Assembly: GCA_028534125.1 (NCBI GenBank)
Contig: CM052817.1
Coordinates: forward strand, 95,234,001-95,298,000
Origin: Lama glama
Taxonomy: Eukaryota
Length of the DNA stretch: 64,000 nt
Direction: 5' to 3'
Shown here: one piece after another, positions 39,101 through 51,319 of the stretch
Numbering within the stretch: position 1 is the stretch's first letter
Layout of the letters: the number at the start of each line of letters is the position of its first letter
Notes under the pieces: generated by a model
Told to the model about the DNA's origin: nothing
The model's database searches: none
What the model saw: only the letters and a program-made list of their open reading frames with translations
Program-made: the position numbers and the translations under genes

Positions 39101-39779
39101 TGCTGTTGTAGCTGTCAGTTAGTGAGATAGATGCTTTACAAAGACTGCTTCATTTAATCCACAGAAGTCCGAGTCCCAGGTCCCCTCCCTTGGAACAGTT
39201 ATCAAACAGGTGCTCCTCACATTGTCCCTACCAGTATATATAATGCATATTGGTATGTATAATGGTATACACATAATGGTATTCTGAGATTTTATTACCT
39301 AAAAATATTTTAATGTTGCTATACAATAGTTCCAACCAAAAGAATCCATATTTCATTATCTCCAAAGTTCCTTTTTGGCTCCCACATTTCAAATTTTCAT
39401 TTCCTACAAAAAAAGAAATATTGCTACATCTTATATTAGTGGTACAGGGCAATAGGGACCATTCCCTGGAACTGAGCTGCAGCAGGGAGGGGGACTCTCA
39501 AGGAAATTGTGAGATGAAAATAATTGAGAACTATTGATTCATGCCTTCTGAATTTTATCCTGCACATATTTTTGTTTCATCATTCATCCCCATCAACATC
39601 TAGTTTTTAAAGTAAATTTGCTTTTCTCATTTTAAAAATATTCAATGGGTTCCTATATTAGAAATTTGATTAGGATCAGAATTCATACTTATTAAATAAG
39701 GATATGAATTCAAATATGGATTTTTAGCATCAATATTAGAGAATTAACAATTTTTAACCATGTTGCCTAATTTTTAACC

Positions 39780-40490
39780 TATAAGGACACCTCCTCATTC
39801 CACACATACCAGTTAACTAAACCATAAACTTCAGTGTCATCTTCGGGTGCCTGCTAAATGTGATAATTCAAGTGCTGTCAATTTTACTCCTAATCGTGTT
39901 TCTTCATTCCTTTCTCTCTACTTCTGCCTCCCTCAGAGCACCACCCTTAGAGACTTCTGCTGGTTTCTCTATGTCTGATCCTGCTGTAATCCATTCTGCC
40001 AGAAAGTTCTTTTCCCAAAACAAAAACCTGATCACGTAACTACCTAACAGTTCTAGTGAGTCCCCAATGCCTTCAGAGTACGGACCATGTTTGATTTGTT
40101 TTTGTTGACATTCTCCACCTTATACTCACTTTACAAACACTTTGCAATTCTCGAAATCTGTCATGCCCTCTTTTACTTCTGGGCCTTTGCATCTGCTGTT
40201 CTCTCTCACCTGGCTAACTCCCCGTGTACGCTCATGTCTAACTTTTGACACCAGTTTAATCAAGAACTTCACCCTGATTGCCCAAAAAGAGCTCATCGCT
40301 TTGTGTATTTCTTTAGCATCCTGCACTTAAAGCTCTCGCAGCATTTATTTCAGTATCTTGTGTCTATCAGTTGATTTGTCTATCTCTGTAATGAAACTGT
40401 AGACTCCTTGAAAGTAGGGATGATGTCTTATTTGTTTAATCCTCAGCATTAGTCTGGTAGCAGATAGGCGCGCAATAAATACTTCTTAGA
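39780..40490 (+). mobile_element. L2 3' region
   Basis: tctgggcctttgcatctgctgttctctct...tgtagactccttgaaagtagggatgatgtcttattt...caataaatactt. Confidence 0.7.
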
Positions 40491-41237
40491 GAAAGGACAG
40501 AAGAATGTCCTTTCGTCAACTTGGCCCTCTTCTTTCTGGAGAAATGACTGGAGTATCTATTTACTCTGATGTCAGCCTTTATTCAGCCTGCTGAGTGGGA
40601 AAGCGAACAATTCAGGGCTCTCTGACTAACAGAGATGATGGAAGTAATTGCTCGTCCCCGCTGCTGGCGCTCATGAATAAGGGGAATGAATCATGGTTAT
40701 GTTCCTGGTGTGGATGCCACGAAAATGGTCTGAGGACTCCTGGCAACGCTCTCCAAATTAAGACAAATTTCAGTGTTGGCGGTTTGAAGTGTTTTCTGGC
40801 ACCTATATTTCTGTGCACCTCACCTGGCAGAAAATTGTACCATAAAATTGAGTCTGATTGTGTTGGACAAGTAAACTGTGCTTCTGGTAATTTAAGCATA
40901 AAAGCTACCTTCATGGCCTCATTCATTGAGGTATGTCGGGGTGACTAATGAAGACATATCTGAGTCCAGAGCAAGGTTAGGGTCTAAATTTGGCTGCTGA
41001 ATACATGTCCATTGACCTTTCCAGTGTCTGGCAAACTCTATTTTGAAAACAGCTTTGATCTTTAAATGACTAGAAAAATCTCAGCTGGGCACGGATTTCC
41101 ACCCAGTCCCATTGCCCCAGCCCCAAATAAGACAATCATGGTCTCTGTCTTTAAAAATGTACAAACCGTCCTCTGAATAGGTAGGCTCCACACGGCAGAT
41201 AATTTTTTAATTGCCAGCACCTTCACTTAGAAGTAAC

Positions 41238-42140
41238 TGTGTCAGTTAGGAATTGAGTTCTGCTGTGAATACAAAAAGCTCTGAATAAACAGAGGCGTAA
41301 CCACATTGGGGATTTATTTTTTTCATGCCGTAAGTTCAGAGGTAGAAGATCCAGAGCTGGTAAAGCAGTTTCAGAATGCCACTGGGACTGGTGTGGGTTG
41401 AATTACATCCCTCCAGAAGATACTGAAGTCCTAACCTGTGAACGTCACCTTATTTGGAAAAAGGGTCTTTGCAGATGTCGTCAAGTTAAGATGAAGTCTT
41501 AAGGAGAGACCCTAATCCAATGTTACTGGTGTTCGTACAAGAAGAGGGAAGTCTAGGTAAAGACACATTGGAAGATGCTCATAGGAAGAAGGAGGCAGAG
41601 ATTGGAGTGATGTTGTCACAAGTTAAGGAACACCTGGGGCTTCCAGACCTTGGAAGAGGCAAGGAAGGATCCTCCCCTAGAGGCTTTGGAGGGAGCATGG
41701 CCCTCCTGACACCTTGATTACAGACATCTAGCCTCCAGATCAGTGGAAGAATGAGTTTCTGCTGTTTTAAGCCACTCAGTTTGTGGTTCTTTGTCACGGG
41801 AGCCCTAGGAAGCCAATGCAGGGACCCGGGCTCCTTAGACGTTCCTGCTCAGCTGTGCTATTGGCTGTTTCAGCACGACAGCTGCTCCACCTCTCGTCTC
41901 GTGTCCAAGTTCCAGGCAGGAAGAAGAGGAAGGTCAACGCATGGAACACATCCACCAGGGGAGCCTACCCACCTAGAAAGAGCCTTCCTGGAAGACTCAC
42001 CGAGCCATTTCTGCTTCCATCTCCTCATCTCCCCAGCAGCAAGGGTATCTGAAAAGGCAGCGTTTGAGCTGAAGGCAACATTGGCATACAGAGTTCCCTT
42101 AGTGAGGAAGAAGGGAAAACAGACAGTGAGTGGGCAGCAG
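41238..42140 (-). mobile_element. MLT1J-like LTR, split by a younger MLT1 LTR
   Basis: tgtgtcagttaggaattgag...gatttatttt...agatccagagctggt; resumes gggacccgggctcctt...gtccaagttccaggcaggaagaag. Confidence 0.7.
41389..41820 (+). mobile_element. MLT1C-like solo LTR
   Basis: tggtgtgggttgaatt...ccttatttggaaaaagggtctttgcagatg...ttttaagccactcagtttgtgg...aatgca; exact 5-bp TSD gggac at 41384-41388 and 41821-41825. Confidence 0.9.
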
Positions 42141-42323
42141 TGTTGGAAACTCTTACCCCTTTACTAAATTTGAGGTCCCTAAATAAGTGTTAGATAGAGT
42201 AAAACAAAGAGATCCTAAATTAATAGTCTCCTCTATTTCTCTCTAAAAAATTAAAAATTATAGAATCTAAGAGCTAGAAGTACACTTAAAGGCTGTCCAA
42301 AGACAGTTTAGATTCTATACTTT

Positions 42324-42489
42324 TTAAAAATATGAATTTCTTTAATCTACATTGTCTTTCTTTTTAGAGGGGGAGGTAATTAGGTTTATTTTTATTTACT
42401 TATTTATTTTTAATGGAGGTCCTGGGGATTGAACCTAGGACCCACTGCATGCTAAGCACACACTCTACCACTGAGCTATACCTTCCCCC
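42324..42489 (-). mobile_element. Camelid tRNA-Ala SINE (Vic-1-like) with a unique 3' extension
   Basis: SINE body 42355-42489; exact 15-bp TSD tagattctatacttt at 42309-42323 and 42490-42504. Confidence 0.9.
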
Positions 42490-43760
42490 TAGATTCTATA
42501 CTTTCTGTACATGAAGAATTTTATTTTATTTTTACATGAAGAGTAAGTATTTAGGTATGAAGACTGTGTGTAAGCTATGTAATGCTATGAATGCTATCTA
42601 AGCAGTGTAGGCAGAGTTCAAAAAGAGGGTGGTAGGGGAGACCTTGACCTCACGTGTGAGCTTTTGCTGTTGCCCTTGCCTCAGTGACTAACGTGGTTAT
42701 GCAGTTCATCTTCAGGAGGTACGATTTTAATAATTTCTTTGCCAAGCTAAATGTTAAAACTCTCCCAGCCACAGAAAACACTGACCTTCATAGCTAAGTA
42801 TGACATCTACTCATGTAACTTTTTCTGTCTTATTTCCTTGAAGCAGAAAATGACAGGTTTTTAGCCCTAAAAGCACAGAGGCAGCAACCTTGATGATGAC
42901 CAATATTTGGATAAAAAAGAACTGAAACCCCAAAACCAATGATAGGTTTCATGTGAATCAGTCGACTCAGCCCTGTTTATTCTGTGATTAGATTGCTAGA
43001 CCAAGAAATTAAAAATGTAAATGTTCAGCTGATTTTAAACTCCCTCAAAGGGTGAGAAGAGTAATTTACACCTTTTCAAAAAGGCTATTTTTTAAGATCT
43101 CGAAGTTTGGAGATCCTCCCGGAAGGTCTTTTGGATTGATGTATGTCCTAGAAATTGGTCTCTGAATGTTAGAAGTTCAAATGACTTTCTGATCAATGTA
43201 GAAAAAGTGTACTGCAAAGTTAATGGAGTGAGGCTGAGTGGTATGAAGTTTTATATAAAATTAAATATGTGTATTATTCAGGTAAGATAAGATGTGTTCA
43301 TTTCATTAATAAAAGTTACTCCCACAATATACACAGTGGTAATATAATGAAAGCTAATCTGCTCCTCAAGAGTCCCAGGATCTAAACCTATCAGTTAGGT
43401 TAGGAAAATAGACCACCGTCTTAAATCAGACGCTAATAGCCGTTTACAGATCCAGTGAAACCTGCATGGAAAAATTTGCTTCAGAATGATATATGCTCTA
43501 ATGCTCAGGGGTACTGTTCTCTGAGTCATTCTAATTTTGGCTTATATTTTGCTGAATTAAGCATTGCCTCAGAATGAGCAGTCATGAGACAACCAAGGCC
43601 AGCAGGAGAGCAGAACAGGGAGACTCCAGGAGAAATTAATCAGTAGCTTGTCTTCTGTGCAATTTGCTCCTTCCACACATCTGCAAAGGCAGTTTAACAG
43701 CTGTATTTATTTTTTTAACTATTTTAAAATTTATTTATGTACTTATTTTATAATATCATA

Positions 43761-44362
43761 TTTTTAAAATTGAAGTATAGTTGATGTACAGTATTATGTG
43801 TTACGGGTATACAATATAGTGATTCACAAAGTTTTAAAGGTTATACTCCATCTATAGTTATTATAAAATATTGGCTCTATTCCCCATGTCGTACAGCACA
43901 TCCTTGTAGCTTATTTTATACCTGATAGTTTGTACCTCTTAATCCTCCACCTCCATCTTGCCCCTCCCCCTGCCCTCTCCCACTAGTAACCACTAGTTCC
44001 TTCTCTCCATCTGTGAGTCTGTTTCTTTTCTGTTATACTCACTAGTTTGTTCTATATTTTTTAGATTCCACATGTGACTGGTATCTTACAGTATTTGTCT
44101 TTCTCTGTCTGACTTATTTCACTTAGCATAATGCCCTCCAAGTCTATCCACGCTGGGCACCAGAAACTAATACAACATTTTAAATCAACTGTACTTCAAT
44201 TAAAAAGCAGACAACCAACCAACCCATTTAAAATATGGGCAGAAGAACTGAACAGACGTTCTTCCAAATGAAGAAATGCAGATGGCCAACAGGAACATGA
44301 AAAGCTGCTCAGCATCATTAATATCAGGGAAATGCAAATCAAAATCACAGTGAGATAACATC
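43761..44362 (-). mobile_element. L1 3' end (minus, to about 44154) with an inverted ORF2 segment (plus, about 44210-44362) and a 50-bp L1 terminus at the junction
   Basis: Antisense 3' UTR, then sense accagaaactaatacaacatt...cttcaattaaaaa, then sense atgggcagaagaactgaacagac...cagggaaatgcaaatcaaaatcacagtgagata. Confidence 0.8.
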
Positions 44363-44559
44363 TTTTGTGTCGTGTTTGTTAACAGACAATACATTTCAAT
44401 GATGTGACATTTGAAAGATACAAAATAAGAGGCAGGGAAGAATCCCCTCTATTCCTGCTCCCTGCCACCCCTTTCTTAAGGCAACTAGTATTATCAATTT
44501 CAATGTGCCGTCATTGTATTGTATTGAGGTCTGTGTATTTATGTATGTGTGTATTTACT

Positions 44560-45040
44560 TACTCTTTATTGCAAACCTTTGAATGTACAATAAGAGAACA
44601 GTAAAATGAATAATAGTCCTCCAATTATGACCACCATTCGTTCTTCCCCTGGATTATAATAAAGCAAATCTTAGACATCATGTTTATCTATAAATATTTT
44701 ACTATGGAGTCATCAAAAATAATAATTCATTTTTTAAAAGCTAGCCATAATACTGATATTGTATCTTTCCAAATTCATAATAATTATCAAATGACCAATC
44801 ATCAGATGAATCAATGATTACATTTCTCTGATTGTCTCATTTTTTTTTCTATTTTACAATTGGATCCAAACAGGGTCTACACATTGCATATGATTGACAC
44901 ATCGCTCAAGTGTCTTTTAATTTATAGGTTCACCTTCCCTGTTGTTTTGTTTTTCTTGTAATTTATAGAAGAACTTGAATTTTCCATCCTATGGAATTTC
45001 TCACATTTTGAATTTAGTTGATTGCATTTTTCTAGAGAAT
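44560..45040 (-). mobile_element. Old L1MC-type 3' UTR
   Basis: aaagcaaatcttagacatcat...ggatccaaacagggtctacacattgcat...gtgtcttttaatttatag. Confidence 0.65.
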
Positions 45041-45229
45041 TTTGTATACTTCACATTTAAAGTTATTTATTCCCTGGCTTTTTCACTCCTGGATTTACTC
45101 TTCAATAATTTTCACCTCGCCTAGATAAAAATAACTCATTGGTAACAATGAAATGTGAAGAGAATTTACCATTTGACACAAGACAAAAATGGGAGGTTAT
45201 CATTTCTTATTCCTTTCTTTGCTTAAGAA

Positions 45230-46020
45230 CATCCTTCCTACCTTTCACGTCCTACATCAATCCACCCCAAATCCTATTGGCTTTCCTTTCAAAATATATC
45301 CAGAATCCAAATGCTCTTCACCATCACCACTTCTACCCTCCTGGCCCCAGCCGACGTCGCTCACCTGGGCTATATGCAATAGCTTCCTAGCGCCTCTCCC
45401 TGTGTTTCTCTTTGCCCCTTCACCTTTAGAACCAGAGTGATCCTAATAAAGCTCAAGTCAGATAACATCTCTCCTCTGCTCAGAACCTTCCACGCTCCCT
45501 CCTTTACTTGGAGAAAAGCTGAAGTGCGCTACAAGTCCCTTTGTGGTCTGCCTCCTACGTCTCTTTGACCTTTTCCACCCACCACTTTCTCCTTCTGCAG
45601 CCACACTGGCCTGTTTTCCTTAAACATCAGTCACCCTCCTAGCCCACTAGCTGTTTGCTTTGTCTGAAGCCCTCCTTCACCAGACAGCCGTGTGGCTCGC
45701 CACCCCATGACCTTCAACTCCTTGTTTAACTTTCACCGTCTAAGTGAAGCCTCCCTGATCACCCTGTTTAAAATTTCAGCCCCTCCCCTGTTTAAAATGT
45801 CAAACTCTGCCTTCCCCATCCCTCTTACCCTGTTTTGTCTTACTTCATAACACTTGACACCTACTAAAGCATTATGTGATTTATTTATTATTTTGTTTTT
45901 TCTGTCTCCCTCCAACAGAATGTGATCTCCATGAATTCAGAGATTTTTGTCCATTGTGTTCACTGCTGTAGCTTCAGTGCCCAAAACAGTGCCCACTAAA
46001 TGTGTGTTAAGTGGATACAT
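45230..46020 (+). mobile_element. L2a-like 3' region
   Basis: ttcaaaatatatccagaatcc...agtcagataacatctctcctctgctcagaaccttcca...tgtctccctccaacagaatgtgatctccatga...ttcactgctgta. Confidence 0.85.
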
Positions 46021-46236
46021 TTCAGACACTCAAGGAAACCTTCCTGCGTTCTTTTGCATACAGCACATCCTCTAAATGATCCCTGTCTAGAACATGTGCA
46101 GATCAAAGCTTATAGCACATGAGAGCTGGCTCATCCCTGTAACCCCTCTGCCCCTGCTTATTGTTATTCTTTAGATAGAAGTAAAGTTGCTCAATTCACT
46201 GGGCAAAGTGAATAGTTGCTCTGGACCTTAAGGACC

Positions 46237-46685
46237 TGTTGTTTGAATTGTGTTTCTCCAAAATTCCCATGTTGAAGTCCTAACACCCAGCACCTCGGAA
46301 TGTGACCTCGTTTGGAAACAGCGTTGTTGCAGAGGTAATTAGTTAAGACAAGGTCAAACAGGATCAGGGTGCATCCCTAATTCTATACAACTACTGTCTT
46401 TATACAAAAGGGAAATTTGGACACAGACACACACCCACAGAAAATGCCGTGTCAAGATGAAAGCGTCAAGAAGAGATCTATAAGCTAAGGAAAGCCAAAG
46501 ATGGCCAGCAAAGCACCAGAAGCTAGGAGACAGGCCTGAAGCAGATTCTCCCTCAGAAGGAACCGACCCTGCCAGCACTTTGATCTGAAACTTCTAGACT
46601 CCCCAGCTGTGAGACAATACATTTCCACTCTTTAAATCACCCAGTTTATTGTACATAGTTATGGGAGCCTTGGGAAACCAAAACA
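46237..46685 (+). mobile_element. MLT1B-like solo LTR
   Basis: tgttgtttgaattgtgtttctccaaaattc...gttgaagtcctaac...ggccagcaaagcaccagaagctaggaga...aaacca aaaca. Confidence 0.88.
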
Positions 46686-46866
46686 GGATGCATGGAATCA
46701 CAGCATCTTTGTTTTGGTTTACAAGTGGTTCACATATTTGGTACAGAAGAAGCGCTCAACAAGTATATGTTGAATGAGAAATGGGAAAATGATGCCACAA
46801 GACTGCTTCAAGGAGGGCAAGGTAGATGGGGGGCAAGGAAGATGGGAAATAGAACATCATCACCAA

Positions 46867-46962
46867 GAATATGTGTGTATGTGGGTGTGTGTGTGTAACT
46901 GAATCACTGTGCTGTACACCAGAAACTAACACAACACTGTAAATCAACTATACTTCAATTAG

Positions 46963-47001
<39 letters not shown>

Positions 47002-47065
47002 TGATAGACAGAAAGAAAGAAAGAGAGAGAGAAAGGAAGAAAGAAAGGAAGAAAGAAAGAGAGAA
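46867..47065 (+). mobile_element. Short L1 3'-terminal fragment whose tail became a (GATA)n(GA)n(GAAA)n compound STR
   Basis: taactgaatcactgtgctgtacaccagaaactaacacaacactgtaaatcaactatacttcaatt, then repeats at 46961-47063. Confidence 0.88.
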
Positions 47066-47883
47066 AATCACCATCAGATGGTAATTCCCACCAAGGCAGT
47101 GATCATGTCATCTAATATTCAGTTCCTAGCACAGAACCTGCTTCTCAGTACATGTTTGTTGAGCCAAACTGAATATCGGGCAGAACAGGTGGGTCACTTA
47201 TGCCATCAAGTGATCTTAGGTGGAGACGCTGGGCGGGCTATGCTCCCTGACACGTTCATGACCCTTACTCAGCTGTCCTGATTTCACCCCGTCGGAAGTC
47301 CCAGTGCAGGTAGAGTAGCTAGATTAGCGTGGCTCTGCATTGTTACTTGACTTCATTTTATTTAGGTTTATAGTATGTGGTCTTTAAGATGTATTTCTAA
47401 GACTTTGGGTAGATACACACTTATTTTCTCTTTAATCAGGTGGATCAACATTTCTTCAAACTCAGATGTGCTATTCTGCTGTTAAATGTCTATGTTGTGT
47501 TTCTTGAAAATTTACTTTCTTAAAGGCAGAGATGAATACAAAATCATTCTTTCTTTGGAAGGATTGTTTGAAGTCACAGTAGGTATTCCTAATAGATTGC
47601 TTTTTTTTTTTTTGGTTGGTTGCTTATTTTACATCAGAAGAGAAAGTAATGCTATTGTTGTGGGTTAAAATATTATGTTGCAAATGTCGTTACTATCAAA
47701 CATCAAGGATATAGAATGCCAAAATAGTAGTGGCGAAGATATAGGCTGGAAGTAATGGGATCCAACAAGCTATTTTTGAAATATGCCTATTCATTGAGTT
47801 CAGAATGGGTATAATTGTCTGGCCATCACAATACATTTTTTTTTCCTATCTGAAATATTTTTTAAAAGAAATTATGATTTTTT

Positions 47884-48344
47884 AAAATTGAAGTATAGTT
47901 GATTTACAATGTTATTTTCTGATGTACTACATAGTGGTCCTGTTATGCATATATATAATACATATTCTTTTTCATTCTAGGTTATTATAAGATATTGAAT
48001 GTAGCTCCCTGTGCAATACAGTAGGACCTTGTTGTTTATCTATTTTATATATAGTAGTTTGTATTTCCTAATCCCAAACTCCTAATTTATCTCCCTTTTC
48101 CCCTTTATTACCCATAAGTTTGTTTTTAATGTCTGCAAGTCTTTTTCTATTTTATAAATTAGTTCATTTTTTATCATGTTTTAGATTCCACATACAGTGA
48201 TATCATAGAATATTTGCCTTTCTCTGACTTACTTCACTTAAAATGATAAACTCTAGGTCCATCCACGTTGCTGCAAATGGCATTGTTTCATTCTTTTTTT
48301 ATGGTTAAGTAGTATTTCATATATATATATACCACATCTTCTTT
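47884..48344 (-). mobile_element. 5'-truncated L1 3' UTR
   Basis: ttgaagtatagttgatttacaatgtt...ctctaggtccatccacgttgctgcaaatggc; TSD aattatgatttttt at 47870-47883 and 48345-48358. Confidence 0.92.
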
Positions 48345-48394
48345 AATTATGATTTTTTTAATGCCCCAAATTTTCAAATGTCACTACTAGTCAT

Positions 48395-49045
48395 CCGTGG
48401 TTGACTAAAAAGGTCCACAAATTCCTTGGTACTCTGCCCTTTGAGATGTGTGATCTGGTTCCCCTCCCTTGACCCTGGGCTGAGCCAAGATGCTGTACCA
48501 ATCTCAGGCCTATACATCAGGAGACTGGAAGCTTTGATCTGGTCCTCTGGGACTCTCTGTTTTCATGGAACAAGTTTGATAGCCACACTATGAGGAGACC
48601 CAGAGTAGCCACATGGAGAGGCTATGGAGAGTCATCAAGAGAGGGAGTAAGAGAGATTAAGAGAAAGAAAGAGAGAGATGTTCAGGTTACCTCCTTCCCA
48701 TTCTTCCAGCCACCAGCCTTTTGACTCATCCCCAGACATTGTGGAGCAGAAAAAAGCTGTCTCCACTGTGTCCTGTCCAATTTTTTTTTTCTTTTTAAAG
48801 GTCTGTGATGACATGGGCATCACACAGCCTGGGATTTTTTGTTTGTTTTTTGTTTTTTTGGGTGGTAGTGGTAGGTTTATTTGGGGTTTTTTGTTGTTGT
48901 TGTTTTTCTTTTTAATGGAGGTACTGGGGATTGCACCCAGGATCTCAAGCATGCTAACATGTGCTCTACCACTGAGCTATGCCCTCACTCCCTACGTCCT
49001 GTCCAAATTCTTGACCCGCAGAAGAGTGAGACAAATAATAATAAA
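48395..49045 (+). mobile_element. MLT1F/G/H-type LTR, host of a SINE
   Basis: ccacaaattccttgg...cctcccttgaccctgggctg...ccagacattgtggagcaga...cctgtccaaattcttgaccc. Confidence 0.7.
48781..48992 (-). mobile_element. Camelid tRNA-Ala SINE (Vic-1-like) with a unique 3' extension and second poly(A)
   Basis: Body about 48835-48992; TSD gtcctgtccaa at 48770-48780 and 48996-49006. Confidence 0.88.
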
Positions 49046-49047
49046 TT

Positions 49048-49207
49048 GAGGGGCAATAGAGGAGAAGGGTCCTGGGAGGCACAAACCATTGGGTGCAAAG
49101 ACAGGCTACAAAGATGTATTGTACAAAACAAAATAGCCAATATTTTGTAATAACTGTAGATGAAGTGTAACCTTTAAAAATTGAAAAAAATTAAAAAAAA
49201 AAGAAAA
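49048..49207 (+). mobile_element. Short L1 3'-terminal fragment
   Basis: ggaggcacaaaccattgggtgcaaagacaggctacaaagatgtattgtacaa...atagccaatattttgtaataactgta, then an A tail. Confidence 0.75.
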
Positions 49208-51276
49208 ATCACCTTGCTGGATAGTTAGCCATTTTGTAGTTTGCTTCAATGAAAGGTTTTATAACACGAAGAGTTAATTTAAAACCAAAACCCATGAGAT
49301 TAGTTTTTCATAAAACTCATATAACCTAAATAAAGAAGGAAATGAGACTCTCAGAAAAAAATTCACGCTTCATACATCACTGATATTTAGCGAGTGGGCA
49401 TCAATAGTAGGGCATAATGGAATTCTGATCGGTCAGCTGACTGTTCTGGTAAGTATTTACAGAAATCAGACATACTGTACTGGTCTCTGTATATTTAGAA
49501 TACAATAAAATTTATTGTTTAAGACACTAGTGTTTGGAGTAACTTGCTACCAATCAGCTGGTAATTGAAACACCATCTTTCATGTATCGATAGTTCCAGG
49601 TTGTATCTTATAAATTCTTAAGTGCTCTCTTTATGACATCTAATATACCTTCAACAGTAGAATTTCTTTTTTAGCTAATTATGCCTCACAGCCCAGTATA
49701 TACTCACTAATTATCAGTTCAAACTATTGTGCATTTACTTGAAACAAAAGTAAAATAACCAAAGTACCATTTGTGTACTTTTTTCTCTTGGCATAGCACG
49801 TACGATTAGGCTCACTGAATTTTTAAAAGAAAAAATTTGTGTCTCTGCTCATGGAAATTTTTTTTAATTGCTATCAGGAAAAAGTAGACTTCTTGTTAGC
49901 ACCAACTAATTATTAAAAACATTGATGTTGGCTTCCAAGAGGAACACTATAATATGTATTTCGATATCTCTGATTGGTAACTTGATGTGCTACTCTCCTT
50001 AGTGTGGCTACCAGAAAACACATAATGTGCCTCAAAATTGTTTGGTGCATTAAATTTTCGATAAATACTATTTATCACCATCCCTCCTTTAAGAAAATTT
50101 TTGCTGCAATGTAATATTTATACTCTTGGAAACATAATGCCAGTTGAAACTATAATCTACTGCACACATATATTTTAACCATTGGCAATATGACCTTAAC
50201 AAGCAACTGTTTTAGTGGCTAACAGTTAAGAAGAAATTGGAAGTACAGTGTTTTATTGATATGGGATTTGCCAGGTTCCTCTAGCAATTTGCACTTAAAG
50301 GGCTTGCATTACCAGCTCCCATTGAAGACAATTCCTTTTCCTTTTAAAAGAGACGTATTTAGCGCATGAAATTGAATTTACGTTTAAAATTCACTCTCTA
50401 TCCCCAGAATTGTGTCAGATGTATGGCAACAGTTGTTTAATGTGTCAACAAACTGGGCTTTTTGTTTGTACTTAGCATAAACAAATTATAAACATCCACA
50501 TAAATTTGTGAAAAAATTCTGTTTAGAGTTGTAGTCAATTGTGCTTTGTATGCATAGGGTTCCTTTCATTAAATGAATCTCTGTTGCTTTGACGAAACAA
50601 AGTGTGGGGAAATTCCACTCAAGGGAAATTGCTATCTTTTAACTTGAATATAAATTGAGAGGTAGGAGAATACCAGATTATTCCAAGTCTCTTACAATGG
50701 TGTAATGAAGAGCTTACATATACAAGTACTTCATGCCTTAAGCAAGAAGAAGTTTATAGCCCTGATCTTCAGCTGCATTTATTTTCAATCACAAAACCAC
50801 TGCAGTCTTCAGCACAACTTGTAATAACGGATGGCCAAGACGAAGTTCAAGGTTGGCATGCTGGCTAGGCAAGGAGGCAGGTGTAGTTACTAGCAGCCGT
50901 GATGAGCCTTTGCTTCGTCTGTGACTCAAATGATGCTACAAGTTCCAAAATTCATACTCACAAATGACTGTGGGACTTGGGTTTGGTGGGAGTTTACAGT
51001 AGTTCTCTAGGCCTCCCCAATCTTTGATTCTGCTTTGTAAGCTAAACCAAGTTGAGACCCCAGAGAAACACTGCCATGGAGAATGCGTCAGGCTTTTCGT
51101 GCAGAGGTCTGCTTTGTCACCAATATGCCCGAAGAAAATTTACTGTGGCATTTCTTCCTATTCCTGAGACAAAACAATTGGCCCCAAGTTCTTTCTTTTT
51201 AAATATCTCTGACCTGGATAAAGACAATTGTTTTCCACCTAGAGATGCTATCAGAATTGCTCTCATTCTGTGGAGT

Positions 51277-51305
51277 ATGTGTGTTGTGTGTGTGTGTGTG
51301 TGTGT
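51277..51305. repeat. (TG)n microsatellite
   Basis: Read directly; one interruption. Confidence 0.9.
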
Positions 51306-51319
51306 TTATTACTTTGCTA

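Noticed and set aside
4660..49455. Isolated strong plus-strand donor motifs (about 4685, 31354, 43281, 49448) and an acceptor at 47439
   Set aside because: Such motifs are expected by chance in 64 kb, and none bounds an open, recognisable coding frame.
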